The notes under the pieces were generated by a model. It had not been told where the DNA came from. It searched no databases and saw nothing but the letters and a program-made list of their open reading frames with translations. Below, piece after piece: positions 30,444 through 40,247 of a stretch of 64,000 nucleotides of DNA. How positions within the stretch are numbered: the first letter of the stretch is position 1; the number at the start of each line of letters is the position of its first letter. The DNA comes from Nautiliaceae bacterium (lineage in GTDB: Bacteria > Campylobacterota > Campylobacteria > Campylobacterales > Nautiliaceae), in assembly GCA_039831155.1 (NCBI GenBank), contig JBDONT010000043.1, positions 160,001 through 224,000 of the forward strand, given 5' to 3'. A program made the position numbers and the translations under genes.

Positions 30444-31206
30444 CTAGGTATCGGCAATTGCCATAATTCTAGCCGGAATAGGTAAATCCTCTTTTTTTAA
30501 TTTTCTAGGATACCCGTCTCCTATTAACGTTTCGTGGTGAGCCCCGGCATAAAGAGGAACGTTTTTTAAATTTTTAGGAAACGGCAACTGTTCTAACATC
30601 TTAATAGTCATCATTACGTGTTCTTGAATTTTAAAAAACTCCTCTTTAGGTCTTGGGATGACTTGTTCTAATTTCGTGGATTCTGTTGTAGATTGTTTCA
30701 AGTTTAGTAGCTTTATCTAAGACAAACTCGGGAGTTACAACCTTAATACAGTCGTGAAGCCAAGCAGGTTCTGCCAACATAATGGCAATTTCGGGTACCC
30801 TTTTACAATGCCCTCCGGTATAAGTGCTTTTAGCGTCAATCACATCGACTATTATTTTTATAAAAGAATCCAAAAGCTTCTTTTGAGCTAATTGCAGCTC
30901 TTTCACTTCTTTTAATTTTCTCTGAAGCTCGTCATACTCTTTTTTTTGCCTTTTATCGGCTCTTGCCATAATTTTTTCATGACGTTTTATATCTTTTATA
31001 AGCTTTTCCATCAAAGATGAAAAGCTTTCGCTTCCATTTTCTTTTTCTTTATCCTTATCTACCAATACAACAAGTCTGATATCCAAATCCTCTATAAAGT
31101 CCTCTCCGGCTTCCTTTGCACTTTCATTTTCTTCATCATAAATCCAGTTAACCACTATTTTATGTTTGTCTTTATATTCATCCAGCAAATCAAAAAAATC
31201 TAAAAA
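30444..31206 (-). pseudogene. Fused remnants of a SiaC (DUF1987) C-terminus and an internally deleted HD-GYP phosphodiesterase
   Basis: FFDLLDE...VNWIYDEENE..EAGEDFIED (SiaC-like); DAKSTYTGGHCKRV, WLHDC, DKATKLETIYNRIHEIRT, HHETLIGDGYP, ARIMAIAD* (HD-GYP with gaps, a frameshift and a truncation). Confidence 0.8.
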
Positions 31207-31289
31207 GAGGGGAAAAATTATATAAATAATTAATCTAAATTGTAAACAAATATGTCACTGATTTGTCATAAACTAAGAAGAAAGAGTCC

Positions 31290-32144
31290 TTATTGAGACT
31301 CTTTTGATTCTTTTGTAGGCATTTTTGTAGGAGTTTTAGGTCTGTTGAATTTAACCATAATAGTAGATAATTTCTCTTTTAAAGCAGCGAATACGTCTTT
31401 TGTAGATTCATCACCACTTAAGATTTTTTCAAGTTTTTCAATCTCCTCATATAAGTCTTTATAATCGATTTCAACTTTTCCGTATCCTAACGTTTGAGCT
31501 AGTTCTAATTGCTCTTTTGCGTAAGCTAAAAGCTCTTTTAATTCGTCTTTATTCGGATTTTCTTTATTAGCAAGTTCATTTGCTTTTATAATAGTTTGTT
31601 CCGCTCTTAAAATAGGTAGAGGAATTACTATTTTTTCAACTACCAAAGTTTCTAACGCTTCAATCAACAAAACCTTAGCTTCATCAAATTTTTCAGCTTC
31701 AATTAAAGAAATAATAGCTTTTAATACTACCGGATACGTTCCTATAGGAAGTGCAGTTACGTAAATATCCATTTCACTTGCAAGCTGAAGCATTAAATCT
31801 CTTGCAAGCTGAACCTCATCCTCTTTTATCAATCTAACGATTTCACTTTTTACAACTTCAATATCTTCAGGAGTTCCGGGATAATCTACAACTTGTTCTT
31901 TTACATCCACAGGAACCGCTTGTAAATTAGGGTCTCTTGCAATTAAAACCTCTAATTTTCCCAAAGCTTTTGCAATTTCATCAAGAGCTTTATCTTTTTC
32001 TTTTTTATCCAAAAGTCCTATAATATCGGATACCATTTTAATAGTATCTACCGCTTCTTGAGTTATTTTTTTAACTCTCTCATCTAAATATTGGTCTTGT
32101 GCTTTTGAAACCTCTTTTGTTACTTCTTTGTTTTCTGTTGCCAT
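31290..32144 (-). CDS. YfdX family protein
   Basis: GKLEVLIARDP...PVDV, VQLARDLM..LASE, LPIGTYP, PLPILRA and LGYG patterns. Confidence 0.8.
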   Translation of the reverse strand: MATENKEVTKEVSKAQDQYLDERVKKITQEAVDTIKMVSDIIGLLDKKEKDKALDEIAKALGKLEVLIARDPNLQAVPVDVKEQVVDYPGTPEDIEVVKSEIVRLIKEDEVQLARDLMLQLASEMDIYVTALPIGTYPVVLKAIISLIEAEKFDEAKVLLIEALETLVVEKIVIPLPILRAEQTIIKANELANKENPNKDELKELLAYAKEQLELAQTLGYGKVEIDYKDLYEEIEKLEKILSGDESTKDVFAALKEKLSTIMVKFNRPKTPTKMPTKESKESQ

Positions 32145-32177
32145 TTCACCCTCCTTAAAGTTTTTTTAAGCAATAGA

Positions 32178-32207
32178 ATTATATATTATTTTAGCTAATC
32201 CTGTCAA
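32178..32207 (-). promoter_or_regulatory. Sigma70-type promoter TTGACA-N18-TATAAT upstream of the YfdX gene
   Basis: Consensus -35 at 32202-32207 and -10 at 32178-32183 on the minus strand. Confidence 0.6.
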
Positions 32208-32232
32208 GATATTTTACATGAATTCACTCAAC

Positions 32233-33132
32233 TTATTTGATAAGCCTTTGTCTTAAGAAATTAACCTCCTCTATAATTCCCTCTTTATTAACTTTTCTTT
32301 CTATAAAATTAAGCATTCTGTTTACGATATTGCAAAGTCCTCTTGATTCTTTAATTTTTTCTATCTCTTCGTCAATTCTTTCAAGTAAAGTTAAAACAAA
32401 CAATATATTGTTGTTATTTATTTCTCTTTTCAATAAAATTTCCAAATTAGGATATTTCTCATTATAAATAAATTCATATTTTTTCTTCTGCTTATCAAGT
32501 TCTTCTTGTTCGAAATCAACAATTTTTCTCTTATCCAAAGAATATTCAACATAATGTTTACTTCTAAAACTAGGTCTTTTTTTATACTCTTCAAAAATTT
32601 TCATAGCTTCCACTATTTTAAATAAATCGTAATATTCCGACAAAAAAATCATTTTAAAAATATCCATTTCGTCAAATTCCCCCGTTTCCGGATTAAAATA
32701 AGGAACTTTTTTTAAATTTCTAATATCTTTCATTTGAGCTTCGTTTAACAAACCTATTATTTTATTATCCTGTAATGTAAAAAAGGGAGAAATTTTATTT
32801 ATTAAAAACCCCAAAACGAATTTTTGCCTATTTTCGTCGAAATCCGCATTTACTATAACCAAATATCCGTTTTGAATATTTTTAGCAATCTCTACAAAAC
32901 TTTCAAACTTCAACGCGTTATTTTCATCATAAAAACTATCTTTAATACTTTTATGCTCCAATTTAGCAATCGTTTTTAAAAGTTTTAATTTAAAAATTTC
33001 TTTTTTACTTTTTTCTATCTTACAATGTTTAAAAAGCTCTAAAATTTCTTCTCTAACTTTTAAATCTTTTTCTTTTATTTTTTCAAGTTCGGCTTCCAAT
33101 TCTTTAATTTTTCGAAGCAGTAAATTAACCAT
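32233..33132 (-). CDS. Hypothetical protein (coiled-coil rich)
   Basis: 299-aa ORF overlapping the recN stop; no family recognised. Confidence 0.65.
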   Translation of the reverse strand: MVNLLLRKIKELEAELEKIKEKDLKVREEILELFKHCKIEKSKKEIFKLKLLKTIAKLEHKSIKDSFYDENNALKFESFVEIAKNIQNGYLVIVNADFDENRQKFVLGFLINKISPFFTLQDNKIIGLLNEAQMKDIRNLKKVPYFNPETGEFDEMDIFKMIFLSEYYDLFKIVEAMKIFEEYKKRPSFRSKHYVEYSLDKRKIVDFEQEELDKQKKKYEFIYNEKYPNLEILLKREINNNNILFVLTLLERIDEEIEKIKESRGLCNIVNRMLNFIERKVNKEGIIEEVNFLRQRLIK

Positions 33133-34675
33133 TCTTTTCCTTTAATAACTCTTTTGCATATTCTATAGCTTTGTCGGAAATCTCTTTTCCTCCTATAATT
33201 CTAGCTATCTCTTTGACTCTTTCATCTTTTGAGAGTTCTTTTACTATGCTTTTTCCATCTTTTTTGGTTACTAAAAAGTGCTTATCGGCTTTACTCGCCA
33301 GTTGAGGTTGGTGAGAAATGGCAAACACCTGATACCTGGTTGATAAATATTTCAAAACTTCAGCTACACTCATAGACTCTTCTCCACTTAAATTGGCATC
33401 AATTTCATCTAAAAAAAGAGTCTTTTCTTCATCCTCGTACTCTAATCTGCTAGCAAGCATAGCCACCCTTAGTCTGTTAAACTCTCCCGTTGAAATGGTG
33501 TCTATGTCTATATCGTTTACCACAATCTCCACATAATCAATCCCCAGTTCGTTTAATTCGTTTTCATAAAACACTATATCGGCATTCGGCATATAAAGTT
33601 TCAAGAGATAATAGTTTAATTTTTCTTTCAGTTTCAAAGAAGCTTCCCGTCTTTTTTGAGAAATGATTTTAGCTTTTTCTTTCAAAAACTCTTTTAAGGT
33701 TTTTATATCTTTTTGAATATGTTCTTTTTCAAATTCCAAATTTTCAAGTTCTAAGAGTTCTTTTTGTTTTTCTTTAGCATACTCCAACGCTTCCTCTATA
33801 GAACCGTATCTTCTAATCAATTCTTGAAGCATAGAGAGTCTTTGAAGAATCTCTTCAATATCCACCGTTTCAAGATATTCGGCTTTTTCATAAGCATTAT
33901 CTATAGCTATTCTAAGCTCGTTCATAGCGTTTGAAAAAAACTCACTCTCTTCCCCTATCATATCCAAAAACTCATAAACGCTATGTTCAAACTCAAAAAT
34001 CTTCTCAACTTCAAAAATTTTTTCTTTAAGCTTTTCTATTTTGCTTAAATCTTTTTTTATTTTCATAAGCTCTTCAAATTCCCCCTCTTTAGGAGAAATG
34101 TTTTCTATTTTTTCAAGTTCGAACTTTAAAAACTCCTTCTTCTCTTTAGCCTCTTTCTCCAAAGCCGTAAGCCTGTTAAGCTCTTTTTTTAGCTTTTCAT
34201 ATTTTTTAAACTCCTCTTTATACTCTTTTAGTAACTTTTTATAATCACTCTCTTCAATCATACTATCTAAAACCTTAATAACCTCTTCGTTTTCAAACTC
34301 TTTAATCTCCCTTAAAGACAAATAGCTAATAATTTTACTCGCTATCTCCCTTACCATTTTTTTACTTACGGCCTGGTTATTGATAAAAAACCTGTTTTTG
34401 GTCTTTTTTATCTGACGAAAAATAATTACATCCTCTTTATCCAGCCCGAACTCCTCTAAATCCAAATTAGAATCGACAACAGCCTCCCCCACTTTCGCAT
34501 TCAAATCAAAATACCCGAAAATCGATAAAATACCTCTCATTAAAACCGACTTCCCGGCACCACTAGGACCGGTAAAAACTATAAGCCCTTTGCTAAATTC
34601 AAGTTCAATTTCGCTAAACTCAAGCTCAACCTCATCAAACGTTACATACTCTTTTAAATAAACCCTCTCAATCAT
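33125..34675 (-). CDS. recN: DNA repair protein RecN
   Basis: GPSGAGKS Walker A, STGE signature, LDEID Walker B, ISHQPQ and EIARIIGG. Confidence 0.93.
   Translation of the reverse strand: MIERVYLKEYVTFDEVELEFSEIELEFSKGLIVFTGPSGAGKSVLMRGILSIFGYFDLNAKVGEAVVDSNLDLEEFGLDKEDVIIFRQIKKTKNRFFINNQAVSKKMVREIASKIISYLSLREIKEFENEEVIKVLDSMIEESDYKKLLKEYKEEFKKYEKLKKELNRLTALEKEAKEKKEFLKFELEKIENISPKEGEFEELMKIKKDLSKIEKLKEKIFEVEKIFEFEHSVYEFLDMIGEESEFFSNAMNELRIAIDNAYEKAEYLETVDIEEILQRLSMLQELIRRYGSIEEALEYAKEKQKELLELENLEFEKEHIQKDIKTLKEFLKEKAKIISQKRREASLKLKEKLNYYLLKLYMPNADIVFYENELNELGIDYVEIVVNDIDIDTISTGEFNRLRVAMLASRLEYEDEEKTLFLDEIDANLSGEESMSVAEVLKYLSTRYQVFAISHQPQLASKADKHFLVTKKDGKSIVKELSKDERVKEIARIIGGKEISDKAIEYAKELLKEKNG
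34592..34633 (-). repeat. Imperfect 21-bp tandem duplication inside recN (EVELEFS-EIELEFS)
   Basis: GCTAAATTCAAGTTCAATTTC / GCTAAACTCAAGCTCAACCTC, 4 mismatches. Confidence 0.85.
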
Positions 34676-35502
34676 TACCTAGCCTCTCCCCAGTTAAGTT
34701 TTTCCCTTAAAACCTCAAAATAGTTCCTCTCAAGTCTGTGAATGAGTTTTGCCGGGTTTTTTGCTTTTTTTATTTTAATTTTATCTTTTAAGTTAAAAAT
34801 CTCCTGCCCGTCTATTATAAGTTTTGCTATATTCTCTTCGACTTTAAGCTCAAGCTTAAAATGACTCGGCAACACAAGAGGTCTTTGAGTAAGAGAGTGA
34901 GGACATATTGGAGTTAAAATAAAACTCTCCGTTAACGGATAAACAACCGGACCTCCGGCACTTAAATTATAAGCAGTCGAACCGGTGGGAGTTGAGATAA
35001 TAAGCCCGTCTCCGTAATATCTGTTTAAATGAGATTCATTCGTATCCACATCTATATGAATCATTGAAGATATCGTATCTTTAGTAACTACAACGTCATT
35101 AAAAGCGTAAAGTTTAGTTGAATTGTATTCAATCTCTATTACCATTCTCTCATCGATTCTGTATTCGCCCTTTAAAAATTTATCCAAAAACTCATCTATA
35201 TTTTCCGGATTTATATCCGTCAAAAACCCAAGTTTCCCGGCATTTATACCAAGAATCGGCTTATCGTATTTATAACTTCTACGAGCCAAGGAAATTAACG
35301 TCCCGTCTCCACCAAGAGCGACTAAAAAATCGACACTCTTACACATCTGTTCAAAATCCATTCCCAAAATCCCTACAAGTTTGGCAGAAGTTACATCAAT
35401 ATAAACTTCAATACTCTCTTTTTCGAAAATCTTCTTTATTTTAAAAAAAAGCTCTTTTAATTTATCATCCACTATCGGTTTTAAAACAAAGCCGGCTTTC
35501 AC
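34675..35502 (-). CDS. nadK: NAD(+)/NADH kinase
   Basis: GGDGT, GKLGFL, ND and DGLIISTPTGSTAYNLSAGGP motifs. Confidence 0.95.
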   Translation of the reverse strand: MKAGFVLKPIVDDKLKELFFKIKKIFEKESIEVYIDVTSAKLVGILGMDFEQMCKSVDFLVALGGDGTLISLARRSYKYDKPILGINAGKLGFLTDINPENIDEFLDKFLKGEYRIDERMVIEIEYNSTKLYAFNDVVVTKDTISSMIHIDVDTNESHLNRYYGDGLIISTPTGSTAYNLSAGGPVVYPLTESFILTPICPHSLTQRPLVLPSHFKLELKVEENIAKLIIDGQEIFNLKDKIKIKKAKNPAKLIHRLERNYFEVLREKLNWGEAR

Positions 35503-35589
35503 TTTTTACCTTTTTTTTCATAATTATACCAATTATTAAATATTAGTTTTTCTTATAAGAAACCCTCTCCTTACAAAATTAACGCTTTT

Positions 35590-35598
35590 TGGTATAAT
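35590..35598 (+). promoter_or_regulatory. Extended -10 promoter (TGGTATAAT) of the aspS operon
   Basis: TGnTATAAT about 20 nt upstream of the aspS ATG, with AAGGA SD in between. Confidence 0.65.
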
Positions 35599-35618
35599 TT
35601 CGACAAAAAAGGAAATTA

Positions 35619-37385
35619 ATGAGAACTCATTACTGTGCCGAAGTAAACGAAAACCTAGTAGGCCAAAAGGTTGAATTAGTAGGATGGGTTAACTCTCACA
35701 GAGACCACGGGGGAGTAATTTTTATAGATTTAAGAGACAGAAGTGGAATAGTTCAGATAGTTGCCGACCCGGCTGATAGCAAAAAAGCTCACAAAGTTGC
35801 AGAAGAGATAAAAGATGAGTATGTATTGAAAGTAAAAGGGTTAGTAAGATTCAGAGGCGAAGGGCTTGAAAACCCGAAACTAAAAACAGGTAAAATAGAA
35901 GTAGTTGCAGAAGAGATAACAATAGAAAACAAAAGCGAAGTTTTACCTTTTCAAATCGGAGATAAAAACGTAAACGAAGAATTAAGACTCAAATACAGAT
36001 ACTTAGACCTAAGAAGTCCAGATATGCTTGAAACTTTTGTTTTAAGAAGTAAAGTTACAAAAGCAATAAGAGACTATTTTGACAAAAACGGATTTATAGA
36101 TGTAGAAACTCCCGTACTTACAAAATCTACACCAGAAGGAGCAAGAGATTATTTAGTTCCAAGCAGGGTTCACCCTGGAGAATTTTATGCACTTCCTCAA
36201 TCACCTCAGCTTTTTAAACAAATCCTAATGGTAGCAGGATTTGACAAATACTATCAAATTGCAAAGTGTTTTAGAGACGAAGACCTAAGAGCAGAGAGAC
36301 AACCAGAGTTCACACAAGTTGATATTGAGATGAGTTTTGTTGAAGAAGACGATGTAATTGAAACAATTGAAGGAATGGTAAAAGAAGCGTTTAAAGTTGC
36401 AGGAATTGACGTAACTCTTCCAATTAAAAGAATGACTTATGCAGAAGCTATGGAGAAATACGGAAGCGATAAGCCAGATTTAAGATTTGATTTGGCAATG
36501 GTAGATGTAATTGATGAATTTGCAGATTCAAACAACGAAATTTTTAGTGCTATTGCAAAAGACAAAAAAAATAACAGATTCAAAGCCCTAAAAGTACCGG
36601 GTGGAGATAAGTTTTACAGCAGAAAAATGCTAAAAGAACTTGAAAATTTTGTTAGAAAATTCGGAGCAAAAGGTCTTGCATATATTCAAGTAAAAGAAGA
36701 AGGATTAAAAGGTCCTATTCTTAAATTTATGAGTGAAAATTCTTTAAATAGGCTAATTGAAAAAGTAAACCCACAAGTTGGAGATATCATCTTTTTTGGT
36801 GCGGGAGATAAAAAAACAGTTCTTGATTATATGGGAAGATTAAGAGTTAAAATTGCAAAAGATATGGGACTTATTAACGAAAATGAGTATAATTTCGTAT
36901 GGATTGTAGATTTTCCTATGTTTGAAAAAGACGACCAAGGCAATCCAACTCCACTTCATCACCCATTCACAATGCCGGATATGGAGACTTGGGATGAAGA
37001 AAACTTTGAAGATATTCAATCAATTGCATACGATTTAGTATGTAACGGATACGAAATCGGTGGTGGAAGTATCAGGATTCATAAAGAAGAGATTCAAGAA
37101 AAAGTATTTAAATTTCTTGGAATTGATGAGATGGAAGCAAGAGAAAAATTTGGATTTTTACTTGATGCATTAAAATTCGGTGCACCACCTCACGGTGGAT
37201 TTGCACTTGGACTTGATAGAGTTATTATGCTTATGAGAAAAACTGATAACATAAGAGATGTTATAGCATTCCCTAAAACTCAAAAAGCTCAGTGTCTATT
37301 AACAGGTGCACCAAGTGAAGTTGACAAATCCCAAATAAAAGAACTTCACATCAGAATCAAAAAACCAAAAGCGGATAATGAATAA
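35619..37385 (+). CDS. aspS: Aspartate--tRNA(Asp/Asn) ligase
   Basis: [28 protein letters not shown] and GAPPHGG motifs. Confidence 0.97.
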   Translation: MRTHYCAEVNENLVGQKVELVGWVNSHRDHGGVIFIDLRDRSGIVQIVADPADSKKAHKVAEEIKDEYVLKVKGLVRFRGEGLENPKLKTGKIEVVAEEITIENKSEVLPFQIGDKNVNEELRLKYRYLDLRSPDMLETFVLRSKVTKAIRDYFDKNGFIDVETPVLTKSTPEGARDYLVPSRVHPGEFYALPQSPQLFKQILMVAGFDKYYQIAKCFRDEDLRAERQPEFTQVDIEMSFVEEDDVIETIEGMVKEAFKVAGIDVTLPIKRMTYAEAMEKYGSDKPDLRFDLAMVDVIDEFADSNNEIFSAIAKDKKNNRFKALKVPGGDKFYSRKMLKELENFVRKFGAKGLAYIQVKEEGLKGPILKFMSENSLNRLIEKVNPQVGDIIFFGAGDKKTVLDYMGRLRVKIAKDMGLINENEYNFVWIVDFPMFEKDDQGNPTPLHHPFTMPDMETWDEENFEDIQSIAYDLVCNGYEIGGGSIRIHKEEIQEKVFKFLGIDEMEAREKFGFLLDALKFGAPPHGGFALGLDRVIMLMRKTDNIRDVIAFPKTQKAQCLLTGAPSEVDKSQIKELHIRIKKPKADNE

Positions 37386-37635
37386 ACAAGTTACGTTAAC
37401 GTTAGCTAATTTAAAAAAAAACGACGTTTTTAAAATTGTAGGATTTGATGAAAGTTGTGGAAATTTTAAACAAAGACTAAATGATTTGGGTTTAGCAAAA
37501 GGTCAAATCGGACAGATTATCAACAAATCTCTTTTCGGTCCGATTGAAATCGACATAGAGGGAAGAAAACTCGCCCTCGGAAGAGGTATGAGTAAAAAAA
37601 TAAAAGTAAAAAAATTTGAATGTCCAATACTATAA
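37378..37635 (+). CDS. FeoA family protein
   Basis: RLNDLGL...[21 protein letters not shown]3-like pattern. Confidence 0.85.
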   Translation: MNKQVTLTLANLKKNDVFKIVGFDESCGNFKQRLNDLGLAKGQIGQIINKSLFGPIEIDIEGRKLALGRGMSKKIKVKKFECPIL

Positions 37636-37646
37636 AAGGAGTCACG

Positions 37647-38225
37647 ATGAAAAAACTGTTTTTAATCATAGGAGCACCGGGAAGTGGAAAAACAACCGAC
37701 GCAGAGCTTATCGCAGAGAGAAACTCTGATAAAATAGTTCACTACTCAACCGGAGATTTACTAAGAGCAGAAGTTGCAAGTGGAAGTGAACTGGGTAAAA
37801 CTATCAAAAGCTACATAGACAACGGGAACTTAGTACCACTTGAAATTGTAATTAACACAATTAAAAGTGCAATTGAAAAAGCACCTAAAGATATCGTTTT
37901 AATTGACGGTTTTCCAAGAAGTGTAGAACAGATGAAAGCACTTGACGAAATGCTTAAAACCAGTGACGATATAGAACTTGTAAGCGTAATTGAAGTTGAG
38001 GTTAGCGAAGACGTAGCACGTGAGAGAGTTTTAGGACGTGCAAGAGGGGCTGATGATAATGAAGAAGTGTTTAATAACAGAATGAAAGTATTTTTAGAAC
38101 CCCTAAAAGATATCGAAGAGTTTTACACTGCCCAAAACAAACTAATTAAAATCAACGGTGAAAGAACTATAGAAGAGATTGTTGAAGAGATGGAAAAAAT
38201 TATTAAAGAAAAAGCAGGAATTTAA
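37647..38225 (+). CDS. adk: Adenylate kinase (short lid)
   Basis: [21 protein letters not shown] and RGADD; AAGGAG upstream of the ATG at 37647. Confidence 0.95.
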   Translation: MKKLFLIIGAPGSGKTTDAELIAERNSDKIVHYSTGDLLRAEVASGSELGKTIKSYIDNGNLVPLEIVINTIKSAIEKAPKDIVLIDGFPRSVEQMKALDEMLKTSDDIELVSVIEVEVSEDVARERVLGRARGADDNEEVFNNRMKVFLEPLKDIEEFYTAQNKLIKINGERTIEEIVEEMEKIIKEKAGI

Positions 38226-38944
38226 TGAAAATTTTTCAAGTTATAATCGGAACCGAAATATTAAACGGTAGAAGAGAAGATAAACATTTTCAATTTTTAA
38301 AAGAAACTTTATTAAAAAGAGGCTATGAACTTTTTGCCTCTTTTATAGTAAAAGACGATCCGAATCTACTTGAAAACATTTTTTCTATTATCAAAAACAC
38401 TCCCGAGTCTATGCTTTTTTGTTATGGTGGAATAGGAGCTACTCCGGATGACTTTACAAGAGAAACAGCCGCAAAAATATTTACAAACGGATTAATGGAA
38501 TATAATTCGGAATTTAAAAATCTCCTAGATAAAAAATTTCCAAATGAAGATAATACCAAAAAATATCTTTTAGCTTACTGGCCTAAAAATGCAAAACCTT
38601 TAAAAAACAATCCCGTAAACGATTATCCCGGATTTTATATAGAAAATAGATATTTTTTTATGCCCGGATTTCCTCAAATGGCACATCCTATGACAAAAGA
38701 AGCAATCGAAAAATTTCTACCTCAAAAAGAAATAAAAAAGCGTTACACCTTAATAGCATATGCTAAAGAATCGGAAATGTTGGATATTATGAAAAAAATA
38801 CCTAAAGAAATAGAATTCTCCACTCTTCCTAAATTAGATTATCAATCTGAAATTTCTTTTGCGGGAGAAAACGCCCTAAAAGCATATGAGTGGTTTAAAA
38901 AAGAACTTATATCTCATTCTATAAAATTTAAAGAGATAAAATGA
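38225..38944 (+). CDS. CinA-like molybdopterin-binding domain protein
   Basis: IGTEILNG, GGIGATPDDFT and MPGFP motifs. Confidence 0.85.
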   Translation: MKIFQVIIGTEILNGRREDKHFQFLKETLLKRGYELFASFIVKDDPNLLENIFSIIKNTPESMLFCYGGIGATPDDFTRETAAKIFTNGLMEYNSEFKNLLDKKFPNEDNTKKYLLAYWPKNAKPLKNNPVNDYPGFYIENRYFFMPGFPQMAHPMTKEAIEKFLPQKEIKKRYTLIAYAKESEMLDIMKKIPKEIEFSTLPKLDYQSEISFAGENALKAYEWFKKELISHSIKFKEIK

Positions 38945-39393
38945 TATATTACATTATTTTATTAATATCTTTATCAATAATTTCCATAACCTTATATAAT
39001 TTCTTCAAAGCTTCAAAAGTTGAAAAAAATTTTGATAACTATCTGTTTTTAATAACCACGGAAAGAGGTTATTATATAGGTACTGTTCTTTTTTCTTTGA
39101 GTTTAATGACTATAGCAGCATTTCAAGCAATGCCGTTTGTATTTGATTTAAGAGTTTTTAGTATTATCTTTTTCTTTTTTTCAGTGTTTTTACTTTCATT
39201 GTCTCATCTTGTATATCATAACAGTATCAAAAAAAAGTGCAGTGATTATAAAGAGTTTTTTAAAGAGTTTGAAATAGACTTAAACAATAAATGTCAAAGA
39301 CTTATGCTAAAACATATCCATGATAAAGAAAAAGATTTAAATAAAGTAAAAGAGATTTTTAAAAGAAACAAACATCTTTGCAAAGAAGATTAA
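38941..39393 (+). CDS. Hypothetical membrane protein
   Basis: 150-aa ORF with 3 hydrophobic segments; ATGA-type overlap with the upstream gene. Confidence 0.65.
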   Translation: MIYYIILLISLSIISITLYNFFKASKVEKNFDNYLFLITTERGYYIGTVLFSLSLMTIAAFQAMPFVFDLRVFSIIFFFFSVFLLSLSHLVYHNSIKKKCSDYKEFFKEFEIDLNNKCQRLMLKHIHDKEKDLNKVKEIFKRNKHLCKED

Positions 39394-39812
39394 TTTTTTT
39401 CTATCTTCTTTACTTCGATAATCTCAACGTCAATAATTTCATCATCTCCGTAATGAGTATGATGATAATACTTGTGAGAGGGAAAAAGTTTTTTAGCAAA
39501 AAATCTAGCAACTCCTTCAAACATCAATAAAACACCTAAAATATCACTAAAAACCCCCGGTATAAAAAGAAGTATTCCTCCTATTAACCTAAACAACCCT
39601 ATGGACAAAAACTCCTCTTCACTCATTTCTCTTCTTAAAACTCTTTGCATACTTTCAGCCAAAGAAAAATTCAAACTTCTAATTACACTTATACCTATAA
39701 TAGCAGTTAATAAAACTTCCAAAAAAAGCCCAAAAGGCGTAAAAACTTTTGCGAACTCATAAGAAAAAATAATTTCCAAAAACAGATACGCTAAAAAATA
39801 AATTAGTCCCAT
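39390..39812 (-). CDS. fxsA: FxsA family membrane protein
   Basis: LEI, GGILLFIPGVFSDILG and acidic IIDVE tail. Confidence 0.85.
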   Translation of the reverse strand: MGLIYFLAYLFLEIIFSYEFAKVFTPFGLFLEVLLTAIIGISVIRSLNFSLAESMQRVLRREMSEEEFLSIGLFRLIGGILLFIPGVFSDILGVLLMFEGVARFFAKKLFPSHKYYHHTHYGDDEIIDVEIIEVKKIEKN

Positions 39813-39817
39813 AATTT

Positions 39818-40213
39818 TTACCTTTTTAGAAGAACTAAATCCTCAACTTTTTTAAATCCGGATTTTTCATAAAAACCTATCATTTCATCTTTACAGTAAA
39901 GCTCGAATGTTTTTACGTTTTTTAGTTCTTTATGATTTAATATTTCATTCATAAGTATTTTAGCATAACCTTTGTTTCTAAAATCCTCTTTAACTATAAC
40001 ATCAAAAATAAAAGCTTTATAAACCCTGTCGCTTAAAACCCTGCTAAAAGCAACAAGTTCATCATTTTCAACAATTCCAAAAACTAAAGTGGTGTTTTGA
40101 AGCATTTTAATAACTTCTTCCTTGCTTCTATTTTTAGTCCACCACTCGTTTTTGTAAAGATTCATTAAATCATCAATGTAATTATCCGCGTTATATACTA
40201 TTTCCATTTCCAC
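39818..40213 (-). CDS. GNAT family N-acetyltransferase
   Basis: DVIVKEDFRNKGYAK acetyl-CoA motif and FYEKSGF. Confidence 0.88.
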   Translation of the reverse strand: MEMEIVYNADNYIDDLMNLYKNEWWTKNRSKEEVIKMLQNTTLVFGIVENDELVAFSRVLSDRVYKAFIFDVIVKEDFRNKGYAKILMNEILNHKELKNVKTFELYCKDEMIGFYEKSGFKKVEDLVLLKR

Positions 40214-40219
40214 TTTTCG

Positions 40220-40243
40220 CTAAAAAATCCAAAGATTTTTTAG
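40220..40243 (-). terminator. 10-bp stem hairpin directly after proS
   Basis: CTAAAAAATC-caaa-GATTTTTTAG; AT-rich, so the function is uncertain. Confidence 0.4.
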
Positions 40244-40247
40244 TGTA

